Positions 52,389-61,889 of a stretch of DNA of 64,000 bases are shown one piece after another; position 1 is the first letter of the stretch; each line of letters opens with the position of its first letter. Position numbers and translations under genes: made by a program. Source of the stretch: Bythopirellula sp. (GTDB lineage Bacteria; Planctomycetota; Planctomycetia; Pirellulales; Lacipirellulaceae); the NCBI GenBank assembly GCA_965216565.1, contig OZ244170.1:960001-1024000 (forward strand), in the 5' to 3' direction. Below the pieces are notes generated by a model, which saw only the letters and a program-made list of their open reading frames with translations, ran no database searches and had not been told where the DNA came from.

Positions 52389-53360
52389 ATGGCCAGCGAA
52401 AAGCGCAAGAAGAAAACGGCTCACCATCCGCAAGACGCGGATCGCTCCCCGTCCTTTCGGATCTCGCGGGGCCGCGTCCTCGTAGCACTAGGCGTGATTG
52501 CTCTGCTGGGTTGGTTGTCCCACGCCGTTTGGCAACAGGTGGGTCCGAGAGTCATCCAGCAGCAAGAGTATCTGCTCGCTGCCGACCGTATTTCTACGAC
52601 TCCGATCCCCGAGTGGATCGAAGGCAACTTTGTCGGCGATGTCGTCCGCGATGCGGGCCTCGATGGCCGGCTTTCGCTTCTGGATGATGCCTTTGCCGAA
52701 GTGGTCGAAAATGCGTTTGTGCTGCATCCTTGGGTAGAGAGTGTGGCAAGGATCGAGAAACGCCACCCTCGCGGCGTGTATGTAGAGCTCGTGTTTCGAG
52801 AACCAGTGGCGGTGGTGGAAATGCCGGCTAGCGAGGGCGTCGTATTTGTGCCGGTCGACAGTGCAGGGGTGCATCTCCCGACCAAAGACGTTGCCGACAT
52901 GAAGAAACGCTACCTCCCACGGATCGGTGGAATTGTCGGACGACCGCCGGTCGGTCAGCAATGGCCCGACGCGCGAGTCATTGGTGCCGCACTCTTAGCC
53001 GAACAGTTGCAGGACGTTTGGGAAGATCTGCATCTGGTGGACATCCTCCCTTCAGCCCGACCCGAAATTCGCGGCGATCATCGTTACTTTGTGTACGAGC
53101 TGGTCACTCGTGGTGGGACGCGAGTTGTTTGGGGCGCGGCGCCCGATGCCTCTCCGCCAGGCGAACATGAATTTGCCGCGAAGCTTTCGCGACTCAAGCA
53201 ATGCGTTGCCGAGCATGGACCATTAAACTCAGTAAGAAGTCCGGCCGTGGTAGACGTCCGACAAAAGCTGGCCATTACGCCGAGGACAGTGAAGAAACCG
53301 GCCTCGCCCGAGGAAGATTCCTCGATGGTTAAGCGGCCCAGCAAAACCGAGCGGCGCTAG
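52389..53360 (+). CDS. ftsQ: FtsQ/DivIB-like protein
   Basis: Basic N-terminal tail, one TM helix, POTRA-like HPWVESVARIEKRHP...FREPVAVV, VD-x-x-GV and a C-terminal VDVR. Follows murB. Confidence 0.65.
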   Translation: MASEKRKKKTAHHPQDADRSPSFRISRGRVLVALGVIALLGWLSHAVWQQVGPRVIQQQEYLLAADRISTTPIPEWIEGNFVGDVVRDAGLDGRLSLLDDAFAEVVENAFVLHPWVESVARIEKRHPRGVYVELVFREPVAVVEMPASEGVVFVPVDSAGVHLPTKDVADMKKRYLPRIGGIVGRPPVGQQWPDARVIGAALLAEQLQDVWEDLHLVDILPSARPEIRGDHRYFVYELVTRGGTRVVWGAAPDASPPGEHEFAAKLSRLKQCVAEHGPLNSVRSPAVVDVRQKLAITPRTVKKPASPEEDSSMVKRPSKTERR

Positions 53361-53386
53361 ACCCGAAGGGCAGAGTTGGTAGTCGA

Positions 53387-53556
53387 GAAATGGGGACTGG
53401 CTCGCCGCACAATGGTAAACGGTGCTCTGAGCACCTGTCGCGTCGTCGTGCCTGTCCCCATTTTTCGACGGTTAAGAAAGGGGACAGGCACGCGATCGCC
53501 GTAGCGAGTAATCGGTGGCCAAGCGACGACTTGCGATCGCGAGCCAGTCCCCTTTT
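53387..53556. repeat. Pair of GGGGAC..GTCCCC palindromic elements in opposite orientation
   Basis: Unit 1: aaatggggactggctcg...cgtgcctgtccccattt. Unit 2: aaaggggacaggcacg...cgagccagtcccctttt. Confidence 0.88.
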
Positions 53557-53579
53557 CAGGCTCATCCTGCGCTGCAGTG

Positions 53580-53804
53580 CTAGTTGGAACGAGATTGCTC
53601 GTCGAGTTGAGCCTGACGGGCGACTTCGATCGATAGAATTTCCTGTTCGCGCAATTGCTCGGCCAATTCCTCACGGACCACGGCCATTTCGCGGGGTGCT
53701 TCGATGCCGATCCGAACGCCGCCATTGCCCACCTTCACAACGGTCACGACGACATTGTCCCCTATCAGGATTCTTTCACCGACTTTTCGAGATACGACCA
53801 ACAT
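53580..53804 (-). CDS. csrA: Carbon storage regulator CsrA-like RNA-binding protein
   Basis: MLVVSRKVGERILIGD...VRIGIEAP...VREEL with AAAGGAG upstream of ATG 53804. Confidence 0.92.
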   Translation of the reverse strand: MLVVSRKVGERILIGDNVVVTVVKVGNGGVRIGIEAPREMAVVREELAEQLREQEILSIEVARQAQLDEQSRSN

Positions 53805-54151
53805 GCTGTGAACTCCTTTTCGCCCCGTACGGCTTGTAGTCCGCTCTGCGGCCAAGCCTCTTGAGACCCCAACGCCTACCCACAAGCCGGAATCGCCGCA
53901 CGGCGCTGCTAGCGGGTACACTCTTGTAACGGTATCAAGGCACGTCGCGATTGCAACGGCCTCGGAGAGCAATCGACGATTTACTGCGATTTAGGTAGGT
54001 TGAGAGCAGAATAGCTTATAAGCTTGGTTGATTAGGTTGTTTGCGGGCTCTGTGGAGCTCGCTCAAACAAACGGGTAAAGGTAAATATCTCGGACGTATG
54101 CCGTGCGTGTTTCTGAATCAAGAATTCGACAGGGTGAGGAGAGCCTGACAG

Positions 54152-55081
54152 GTGTCGCTGGAAAGTGAATTAGTGAAGTGGCTAAAGGAGAACCTACCCG
54201 AGACTCCACGGTTGAGGATTGGGCTGGGGGACGATGCGGCGGAGCTGGGAGGATTCGATTCCTCGCGTGTCGTAGTCACCACCGATACGGTCACCGACCA
54301 GGTTGATTTCATCCTCAAAGATATCGATCCCCGACAGGCGGGGCACAAAGCCTTGGGCGTAAATCTTAGTGACCTAGCGGCGATGGCAACACGGCCAGTG
54401 GCGGTTGTTGTCTCTCTAGTGTTACCGCAGGAAAATTCTCTGCAGTTGGCCTACGCACTCTACGAAGGGATGTTGCCACTGGCGGAGAAGTTTGACGTGG
54501 TGATTGCCGGTGGAGATACCAACACCTGGAATGGCCCGCTGGCGATTAGTATCACCGCGATAGGCGAGCCCACAGAGTACGGGTTGCTCACCCGGAGCGG
54601 GGCCCAAGCAGGCGATGATCTCTTGGTGACAGGCAGCCTGGGCGGCAGCATTCTTGGTAGGCACCTGGCCGTTGAGCCACGTGTGGATGAGGCTTTGTTG
54701 TTGAACGAGCGATACGAGCTGCACGCGGGAATGGACATCAGCGATGGGCTCGCGCTCGATGCTTCGCGATTGGCCACCGAGAGCGAGGTTGGAATTCTGC
54801 TTGATCTCGACGCAGTCCCCGTTTCACCGGCCGCCCAGGAATTGTCCCAGCGCGATGGCGAATCGCCCGTTCAGCATGCATTAGCCGATGGAGAAGACTT
54901 CGAACTCTTGCTTGCAGTTTCGCCAGCCGAGGCAAACAAGATCCTCAAGGACCAACCCCTTGAGGTGCCCGTCACCCACATCGGTGCTGTCATCGCAGAA
55001 CCCGGCCTTTGGCAATCGGACGGCAAAGATTCCAAACAACCGCTCACCCCCCAGGGATTTCAGCACGGAGCCGGCGCATGA
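54152..55081 (+). CDS. thiL: Thiamine-monophosphate kinase
   Basis: GLGDDAA, NLSDLAAM, GGDT, DISDGL and DGEDFELL. Confidence 0.94.
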   Translation: MSLESELVKWLKENLPETPRLRIGLGDDAAELGGFDSSRVVVTTDTVTDQVDFILKDIDPRQAGHKALGVNLSDLAAMATRPVAVVVSLVLPQENSLQLAYALYEGMLPLAEKFDVVIAGGDTNTWNGPLAISITAIGEPTEYGLLTRSGAQAGDDLLVTGSLGGSILGRHLAVEPRVDEALLLNERYELHAGMDISDGLALDASRLATESEVGILLDLDAVPVSPAAQELSQRDGESPVQHALADGEDFELLLAVSPAEANKILKDQPLEVPVTHIGAVIAEPGLWQSDGKDSKQPLTPQGFQHGAGA

Positions 55082-55542
55082 ACGAGTGGACTTTCACCGC
55101 CACGTCGGAAGACGACACCGACCGCCTGGGTGCCAAGCTGGCTGAGGTCCTGCCTCCCGGCACGGTGATTGCGCTGATCGGTACTTTGGGAGCTGGTAAA
55201 ACCAGGCTGGTTCAGGCGGTGGCCCAGGCGCTCGGTGTTTCTGCCGAGGAGGTGACGAGTCCCACCTTTGTTCTTGTCAACGAATACACCACGGGCCGCC
55301 TGCCCGTTTACCACTTCGACGCATATCGACTACGCGACGAAGACGAGTTCCTGGAATTGGGCCCCGAAGAATACTTCGACGCCGACGGGCTAACGTTTGT
55401 CGAATGGGCCGACCGCGTCCAGCGCTGCCTGCCGCCAGAGTATCTTCAAATCGAAGTCGAAGTCGTCGGCGACACTCTGCGAGAGTTCAAGGTCAGCTCA
55501 CCAAGTGTATCTCTTGCCAGTCGACTCCAGCAATTGGGCTAG
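55078..55542 (+). CDS. tsaE: tRNA t6A biosynthesis ATPase
   Basis: GTLGAGKT, VTSPTF, HFDAYRL and VEWA. ATGA overlap with thiL. Confidence 0.95.
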   Translation: MNEWTFTATSEDDTDRLGAKLAEVLPPGTVIALIGTLGAGKTRLVQAVAQALGVSAEEVTSPTFVLVNEYTTGRLPVYHFDAYRLRDEDEFLELGPEEYFDADGLTFVEWADRVQRCLPPEYLQIEVEVVGDTLREFKVSSPSVSLASRLQQLG

Positions 55543-55567
55543 TCCCTAGCTCCAAGCCCATAGCCCC
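55540..55567. repeat. Four degenerate heptamers filling the gap between convergent tsaE and hslU
   Basis: tagtccc tagctcc aagccca tagcccc. Confidence 0.55.
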
Positions 55568-56911
55568 TTACAATATAAACTTGCTCAGGTCCTCGTCCTT
55601 CGACACCTCTTCCAACTTCTCCTGCACGTAGGCGGCGTTGACTTCTACACGGCCCATCTTCATGTCGGGGGCTTCGAAGCTGAGATCCTCGAGCAATCGC
55701 TCCATGATCGTGTGTAGCCGCCGGGCACCGATGTTTTGCGTCGATTGATTCACGTGGTGGGCGTAGCTGGCCAGGGCGTCGATGGCGTCGTCTTGAAAAT
55801 CGAGCTTCACGCCTTCGGTATCCATCAAGGCGGCGTATTGCTTTGTCAGGGCATTCCGTGGCTCGGACAGAATCCGTTTGAAGTCATCCTTGGAGAGGTC
55901 ATTCAGTTCCACGCGAATCGGAAAGCGTCCCTGCAACTCCGGCATCAAATCGCTGGGGCTACAACGATGAAACGCCCCAGCCGCGACAAACAGAATATGG
56001 TCGGTCTGCACATAGCCATAGCGGGTTTGCACTGTGGTACCTTCGACAATCGGGAGTAAGTCGCGCTGCACGCCTTGGCGAGAGACGTCCGCCCCGCGGC
56101 CACCTTCGCTTGCGACGACCTTATCCATTTCATCGAGAAAGATGATCCCGGTGTTCTCAGCCAGCTCGACGGCCAGGGTGTTAACCTTCTCTTGATTGAT
56201 AAGGGCCTCGCACTCCTGGTCGAACAGCACCTTGCGGGCCTCGGCCACGGTCATTTCGCGGCGGCTGACATTCTTCGGCAAAATCTTCTCGAGCATGCCC
56301 TGCATGTCGAAATCCATCTGATCGCCGCCCGGGCCCATGCCGGGAATCATCATCGCTTGGGCCTTTTGCTCGATGGAGATTTCCACCTTGCGGCCTTCGA
56401 GTTCGCCTCCAACCAGCATGGCCCGCATTTTCTCGCGGGTGCGCTCGTAGCGTTCCGGCGAGTCGGAACTGTCGACCCCCACTTCAAACGAAGCGGGCGC
56501 GGGAGCCAGCAAATCCACGAGCCGATCGTCGACCCGTTTCTTGGCTTCCTCCTCGACGTTGGCCAACTCTTGGGCGCGGACCAGATTGATGGCGTTTTCC
56601 ACGAGCTCGCGGATCATGCTTTCCACATCGCGGCCATAGTAGCCCACTTCCGTGTATTTGGACGCTTCCACTTTGATAAACGGCGCGCCGGTGAGCTTCG
56701 CCAGTCGACGGGCAATCTCCGTTTTACCCACGCCGGTTGGACCGATCATCAAGATGTTCTTGGGATTGATCTCTTTGCGGAGATCGCCTTCCAGTTGCTG
56801 ACGGCGCCAACGATTGCGGATGGCAATCGCCACCGATCGCTTGGCGTTGTCTTGGCCGACGATATGTCGATCGAGGTGTTCTACGATTTCTCGGGGAGTC
56901 AGATTCTTCAC
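55568..56911 (-). CDS. hslU: ATP-dependent protease ATPase subunit
   Basis: [39 protein letters not shown] and NIGARRL. GTG start overlaps the hslV stop. Confidence 0.97.
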   Translation of the reverse strand: MKNLTPREIVEHLDRHIVGQDNAKRSVAIAIRNRWRRQQLEGDLRKEINPKNILMIGPTGVGKTEIARRLAKLTGAPFIKVEASKYTEVGYYGRDVESMIRELVENAINLVRAQELANVEEEAKKRVDDRLVDLLAPAPASFEVGVDSSDSPERYERTREKMRAMLVGGELEGRKVEISIEQKAQAMMIPGMGPGGDQMDFDMQGMLEKILPKNVSRREMTVAEARKVLFDQECEALINQEKVNTLAVELAENTGIIFLDEMDKVVASEGGRGADVSRQGVQRDLLPIVEGTTVQTRYGYVQTDHILFVAAGAFHRCSPSDLMPELQGRFPIRVELNDLSKDDFKRILSEPRNALTKQYAALMDTEGVKLDFQDDAIDALASYAHHVNQSTQNIGARRLHTIMERLLEDLSFEAPDMKMGRVEVNAAYVQEKLEEVSKDEDLSKFIL

Positions 56912-57441
56912 TTCAGCTCTTCGATGGTCAGATTTCCATTGGAATAAACGCAAATGTCGCCGGCGATTTCGAGAGACTGACGAACGATCTCCGCAGCACT
57001 CAGCGAACTATGTTTCACCAGGGCCCGCGCGGCGGACAGGGCATAATTGCCGCCGGAGCCGATACCCAGGATGCCGTCATTTGGCTGAATCACATCGCCC
57101 GTGCCGGAGACCAATAGCGTGTGCTCGGCATTCACGACGGCCAGCAGCGCCTCGAGCCTACGCAAGGCCCGGTCGGTCCGCCACTCTTTGGCAAGTTCGG
57201 TCGCCGCGCGGGGCAGGTTGGCAGGGTGGTCTTTCAGCTTGCCCTCGAACCGTTCCAACAGCGCAAACGCATCCGCTGCCGAGCCGGCAAAACCGACGAT
57301 CACACGATCGTCCAACAGGCGACGAATCTTCATCGCGTCGGACTTCATGACCGTATCGCCCATCGTCACTTGGCCGTCGCCGCCCAGGGCAACCTCACCA
57401 TTGTGGCGAACTGTCAGAATCGTCGTGGAGCGGATCTTCAT
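56908..57441 (-). CDS. hslV: ATP-dependent protease peptidase subunit
   Basis: N-terminal TTIL, GDGQVT, GFAG, WRTDR and IGSGG. Confidence 0.97.
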   Translation of the reverse strand: MKIRSTTILTVRHNGEVALGGDGQVTMGDTVMKSDAMKIRRLLDDRVIVGFAGSAADAFALLERFEGKLKDHPANLPRAATELAKEWRTDRALRRLEALLAVVNAEHTLLVSGTGDVIQPNDGILGIGSGGNYALSAARALVKHSSLSAAEIVRQSLEIAGDICVYSNGNLTIEELK

Positions 57442-57596
57442 GGGAGTGTACTAGGGGAGGTAAAACAAAAGAGAGGCGAGCACAGCATTGTCGCTAAGAT
57501 TCGCCTCGCAGGCTAGAGGGCGTATGGAACAGAATCAAAGGCCATTCTCGCTCTTAGGACAAACAATAGCCGCAACTCGACGAGTCGCCGGGGCCC

Positions 57597-57779
57597 CTAG
57601 TCATCCCGCTCTAATTTCTTCCCCTTACACAGCCACTTCTTCTTGCTGGCCGCCCGACCGCACTTCGTGCACACATACTTGGGGTCCGCCACAATTTCCT
57701 GCAGCTTGTCGAAGTATTTACGAAAATCGTCCTTCGACCAGTCGCAAAGTTCCTTGTTAAAAATCTTGGGCTGCGTCAT
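57597..57779 (-). CDS. Small four-Cys basic protein (60 aa)
   Basis: LCDW...YVCTKCGRAA...WLC, Lys-rich, fills the intergenic gap. Confidence 0.7.
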   Translation of the reverse strand: MTQPKIFNKELCDWSKDDFRKYFDKLQEIVADPKYVCTKCGRAASKKKWLCKGKKLERDD

Positions 57780-57938
57780 ACGATGTCGATACTCGGAACT
57801 TGAATTGCTATACCGTCGAAGCTATATCACACTGAATAGCCGCGATCTGATAGATCGCCGGGGCTAGGCCCTATTCTAGGCACGCCGTATCATGGTGGGG
57901 AGTGTCGCCTTCCGTGGATTCGAGCCAATTGATTAGCC

Positions 57939-58541
57939 ATGTCTGAAAACGCCCCCTCACCTGCCGTGCCGCGTAGCCCCGAATTGATGCGGCCTGCCGA
58001 TACCGCGCTGCTGGTGGTTGACATGCAAGCGCGGTTGATGCCGAGCATCTCCGATGCCGAGCGGATCACCTGGAATGCCCGTCGGCTGATCGACGGTGCC
58101 AAACTCCTGGGTGTCGAGACGTTCGCCACCGAGCAGTATCCCGAAAAACTCGGCGGCACCCTCGACGAACTGGCCGAACGGATCGACACCGAGATCCCCG
58201 CCAAGCTCACCTTCAGTTGCAGCAGTTGCGACCAGATTTTTCGCCATCTACTCGACACCGGCAAACACCGCGTGCTTATTTGCGGGATCGAAACGCATGT
58301 GTGCGTGCAGCAAACCGTGCTCGATTTGCTGGCCGCCGGTTTTCAAGTGATCCTTGCCGCCGACGCGATCAGTTCCCGCTTCGCCCTCGACCGCGACTTT
58401 GCCTTCCGACGCATGGAAGCCTCCGGCGCAGTGCTCACCACCACCGAGGCGGCGCTGTTCGAACTCTGCGAAGTGGCGGGGACCGATGAATTCCGCGCGA
58501 TCAGCAAACTGGTGAAAGAGGTGTTTGCTGGGGAGGGTTAA
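57939..58541 (+). CDS. Isochorismatase-family cysteine hydrolase (YcaC-like)
   Basis: LLVVDMQ, TEQYP, K-x-x-FS and GIETHVCV. Confidence 0.92.
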   Translation: MSENAPSPAVPRSPELMRPADTALLVVDMQARLMPSISDAERITWNARRLIDGAKLLGVETFATEQYPEKLGGTLDELAERIDTEIPAKLTFSCSSCDQIFRHLLDTGKHRVLICGIETHVCVQQTVLDLLAAGFQVILAADAISSRFALDRDFAFRRMEASGAVLTTTEAALFELCEVAGTDEFRAISKLVKEVFAGEG

Positions 58542-59281
58542 ACGCAGAGCTCGCAGAGAAGCAGAGGGCCGCGGAGAGGTTTAGCTTTACTGAGAGTGAG
58601 TGAACTACGAATGGCGAAGACAGATAACTCAACTGGCTGGAATGATCATCATGTTGAGTGGGTCATCTGTCTTGCAGTTGGTTCGGTCGGTATGGTTTTC
58701 ATTTTCGGTGTAATTGCCTATTCGCTGCACCGTGCGTCGATTAGAAGCCATCAAGAAAAGGTTGCGAGGCTTCAATCAGAATTTGACATGATAAAGCATG
58801 GCCACAGCCAAACACTTCTTACTACCGATACCGAATTGCTTCCACGGTTAATAGAAGATGAAGACTGTGTGAAAAACTTGACAAGATTAGATTTCCTTAT
58901 GGTCACGTTTACTGAGCAGGACGCCAGGGATATTTCAAAATTGTCTAACGTGACTGAAATTAATTTCTCCTACACCTATGAAACAGGGTCGGTTTTGCGA
59001 GAAGCGTCGGTATTGCCCATCGCGAAACTAAATTTCGAACAGGCAGATCTGGATATGGAATCACTAAGGCAATTAGCCGAATTCGAATATCTTAGAGAAG
59101 TGAGTTTTGGCAACTGGCTGAGCCAAGAGGAGATCGATGCGCTCGATTCACTTCCCAAACATGTTACCGTGAAGAGACCTGTAGAGATCAGACCAACCCA
59201 ATAGTCATCAGGTTTGGACAAGGTCACATTCTGACCTCCGCGGCCCTCTGCTCCTCCGCGAACTCTGCGTTTAACCCGCCC
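58531..59281. mobile_element. Putative non-autonomous cassette: 46-bp inverted arms enclosing a cargo gene
   Basis: 58531-58576 matches the reverse complement of 59236-59281 at 42/46 positions. The interior is visibly AT-richer than the flanks. Confidence 0.6.
58596..59204 (+). CDS. Membrane-anchored hypothetical protein with LRR-like repeats
   Basis: One TM helix followed by LxxLxF-type repeats (NLTRLDF, NVTEINF, IAKLNF, YLREVSF). Confidence 0.65.
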   Translation: MSELRMAKTDNSTGWNDHHVEWVICLAVGSVGMVFIFGVIAYSLHRASIRSHQEKVARLQSEFDMIKHGHSQTLLTTDTELLPRLIEDEDCVKNLTRLDFLMVTFTEQDARDISKLSNVTEINFSYTYETGSVLREASVLPIAKLNFEQADLDMESLRQLAEFEYLREVSFGNWLSQEEIDALDSLPKHVTVKRPVEIRPTQ

Positions 59282-60098
59282 ACCCCGCCGCTTCTTCTCC
59301 GTCAAGGCGCAGGGTGAGGCATTTCGCACTGCCGCCGGCTTTGACGAATTCGTCCAGGCACGTGCCCTGGGGTTGGTAGCCGTGCTCTGTTAGCGATTGG
59401 TGCAAGCCTTCGCAGCCGGTGTTGGTGACGACGTGCTTGCCTACCACCACGGCATTGCACGCAAAGCGGCGGGCCTCGGGCTCGGCCACTTCAATCAGTT
59501 TCGGCACCTGTTCGGTGAGCACTTTTTGTCCGTATTCGTCGAAGGCCCCAGGGAACCAGATCGCCACACCCGGCTCGAGCGGACAGAAGCAGGTGTCGAG
59601 GTGGTAGTAGTACGGATCGACCAATTCCAACGGCAACACGTGCACGTCGAGCATTTCGCCAATCTGCTGATGCCCGGTGGCGTCGCTCCGCATGCGGTAG
59701 CCAGCAAACAGCGTCTCGCCGCAAAACAGCGCATCGCCGGCGCCCTCGAACGAAAAATCCGCGGGCGGATCGAGCACGTTCCAGCCGTTCGACTCCAACC
59801 ACGCGCGAAAGTGCGGCTCCTCGCCCTGGCGTTGCTCATGTTTGAAGCGAGCCAACACGGCACGCTCTTGGTAAACGATCGCCGCGTTGGCGGTGAACAC
59901 CAGGTCGGGTAATCCCTCGACCGGCGGCACCTCGGAAATCTTGGCCCCGACGTCCACCAGAATTTGCCGCAGTGCCTGCCATTGCTCAACCGCCAGACCG
60001 TGGTCCGCCTGCCGCTCGGTGCTCATCCACGGATTGATCTCGTAGTGGATACCATAATGATCCGGCGGACACATCAGGATGTGGGGTTGTTGGCTCAT
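59271..60098 (-). CDS. Amidinotransferase-superfamily enzyme, arginine dihydrolase (ArgZ N-domain)-like
   Basis: LMCPPDHY...INPWM, PDLVFTAN, FEGAGD, YHLDTCF and GGSAKCL (catalytic Cys). Confidence 0.88.
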   Translation of the reverse strand: MSQQPHILMCPPDHYGIHYEINPWMSTERQADHGLAVEQWQALRQILVDVGAKISEVPPVEGLPDLVFTANAAIVYQERAVLARFKHEQRQGEEPHFRAWLESNGWNVLDPPADFSFEGAGDALFCGETLFAGYRMRSDATGHQQIGEMLDVHVLPLELVDPYYYHLDTCFCPLEPGVAIWFPGAFDEYGQKVLTEQVPKLIEVAEPEARRFACNAVVVGKHVVTNTGCEGLHQSLTEHGYQPQGTCLDEFVKAGGSAKCLTLRLDGEEAAGWAG

Positions 60099-60119
60099 TG
60101 TTGTTGAATCCAACTTCTA

Positions 60120-60262
60120 AGTGGTGAGTGGTGAGTGGTGAGTGGTGAGTGGTGAGTGGTGAGTGGTGAGTGGTGAGTGGTGAGTGGTGAGTGGTGAGTG
60201 GTGAGTGGTGAGTGGTGAGTGGTGAGTGGTGAGTGGTGAGTGGTGAGTGGTGAGTGGTGAGT
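60120..60262. repeat. Perfect heptamer tandem repeat (AGTGGTG)x20
   Basis: 20 full copies plus AGT, with no mismatches seen. Confidence 0.97.
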
Positions 60263-60305
60263 ATTCCGAAATCCGGGATCAACTATCTCAGCCAGAATTA
60301 GAACG

Positions 60306-60397
60306 CTCCCTCCCCCTGGTGGGGAGGGCTGGGGAGGGGGGCCTTGCGTCGAGCAAGATTTCGCCTCTTTCTAACCTTCCGTATCCATGAGAGGGAA
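60306..60397. repeat. CCCTCCCC-family palindromic element (right arm decayed)
   Basis: ctccctccccctggtggggagggctggggaggggg ... gcctctttctaaccttccgtatccatgagagggaa. Confidence 0.75.
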
Positions 60398-60441
60398 TTT
60401 TATGTCCCCGGCGATCCGTAGGATTGCGGCTAGTCTCCGAT

Positions 60442-61701
60442 TTATCCTTCCTCCAGCCTGCGCACTTCGGCGACCAGCGAGCGCAGGAACGGCTCGACGT
60501 CGGTCACTAAGCCGATCGTCTGGAAGCTGCCGCGATCGTTGAGCTTGATGACCGTCGAAGGATTGATGTCGACGCAAACAACGTTCACACTCGCAGGCAA
60601 CAGGTTGCCCACAGCAATCGAGTGCAGCGTGGTGGCAACCATCAAGCAAAACGTCACGTCCTGGATGCTCGCTCGCATGAGGCGTTGATTCTCAATGGCA
60701 TCAGTCACTACGTCAGGCAGAGGGCCGTCGTCGCGGATACTGCCAGCAAGTAGGAACTCGACGTCGTTCTTCACACATTCATACATAATGCCCGATTTCA
60801 ACGTGCCGTCCTCCACGGCCTTGGCAATCGAACCGGCACGGCGAATCCGATTGATGGCCCGCAGATGATGCTCGTGTCCGGCGTCGGCAAGACTGCCTTC
60901 CTCCACGTTCACGCCTAGGCTGGTGCCGAACAGCGACTGCTCGATGTCGTGCGTGGCCAGGGCATTGCCGGCAAAAAGTTTGTGCAGGTAACCGTCTCGC
61001 AGTAGTTCGCACACTAGCGAGCCACTCCCGGTATGCACAATCGCCGGACCGCCCACGAGCAACGATTTGCCGGCACCGTTTTTGTTTTCGAAGAGCTGCT
61101 TGGCGATACGCCGAATCACGACGCCCTTAGGCTTCTCGGTCGAAACTGCGCTGTTCATAAACGCGAAGGCATGATCTTGCTCCACACGCTCCAGTGGAAA
61201 GACCCGCACGCCCATGTGCCCCACCACAATCGACATTCCCTTGGCCACGTCCGACATGGGAATGCAGCGAACAGCATTGGTTTCTGGATCGACCGTCAGC
61301 CCGCAATCCATTTCTTGGAACGACACCGGATGCCACTGCCCGTCGATGCGGACTTCGGTCCGTTGATTGGTCGTGCTATAGAACCCTTCGGGAAAGGCCC
61401 CTGCGATGTCGGCTTCCACCAGACGACAATCTCCCCCGGCGGTGCTCAACGCGCCATGGTCGGCTATCTGCGAGAGAATCTGCTCGAGCGCCGCATTGTC
61501 GACCGCGCGGACTTCAATGGCCGCGTAACTGGGGTCTTTGCGGTCGTGCCCGATGGTGATGTTCTTGATCCGAAAACTCCCCCTGGCCGAGGTAATGGTA
61601 TCCAGCACCTTGGGTAAGATTAAGCTATCGATGATATGGCCGCGCACTTCCACATCTTCGACGGCAGGGTGGTCGACGGCGGGCGTTTTTTCGTCACTCA
61701 T
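60442..61701 (-). CDS. TIGR00300 / LOR-SDH-domain protein, ornithine cyclodeaminase (AgrE C-domain)-like
   Basis: GHIIDS, PEGFYSTTN, EMDC, FAFMNS-x-VSTEK, GNALATHDIE, LAGSIRDDGPLP, LHSIAVGN and VDINP. Confidence 0.88.
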   Translation of the reverse strand: MSDEKTPAVDHPAVEDVEVRGHIIDSLILPKVLDTITSARGSFRIKNITIGHDRKDPSYAAIEVRAVDNAALEQILSQIADHGALSTAGGDCRLVEADIAGAFPEGFYSTTNQRTEVRIDGQWHPVSFQEMDCGLTVDPETNAVRCIPMSDVAKGMSIVVGHMGVRVFPLERVEQDHAFAFMNSAVSTEKPKGVVIRRIAKQLFENKNGAGKSLLVGGPAIVHTGSGSLVCELLRDGYLHKLFAGNALATHDIEQSLFGTSLGVNVEEGSLADAGHEHHLRAINRIRRAGSIAKAVEDGTLKSGIMYECVKNDVEFLLAGSIRDDGPLPDVVTDAIENQRLMRASIQDVTFCLMVATTLHSIAVGNLLPASVNVVCVDINPSTVIKLNDRGSFQTIGLVTDVEPFLRSLVAEVRRLEEG

Positions 61702-61889
61702 GGCACCTGTTCCTGGGCTGGTAGGACTTCGACAGGGGATTCTATCCGCAAAGCACTCGTTTCAAGCAGTCCGGTTGCCAACTTTCCCGGCTTTCAGTCG
61801 AGCGATTTTAGCTCTATATTAGCGGTTTATCCACAATCGCACTCTCGCTGACAAGTCGAGTAGCAAAGTCGAGTAGAAAAGCCATCCTT

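Noticed and set aside
53805..53972. N-terminal extension of CsrA in the ORF track
   Set aside because: The canonical MLV-x-SR start at 53804 has a strong AAAGGAG site.
60120..60262. CRISPR array or phase-variable N-terminal fusion
   Set aside because: There are no spacers or cas genes, and an in-frame TAG at 60119-60117 prevents fusion to the downstream gene.
59986..60282. (TTHHSPL)n His-rich ORF as a real protein
   Set aside because: It is a direct translation of the heptamer tract, with a TTG start and an out-of-frame overlap with the hydrolase. Kept only as a speculative leader.
61853..61878. 13-bp direct repeat aagtcgagtagca/aagtcgagtagaa before the acidic gene
   Set aside because: Short and single-instance. 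It cannot be distinguished from local slippage.
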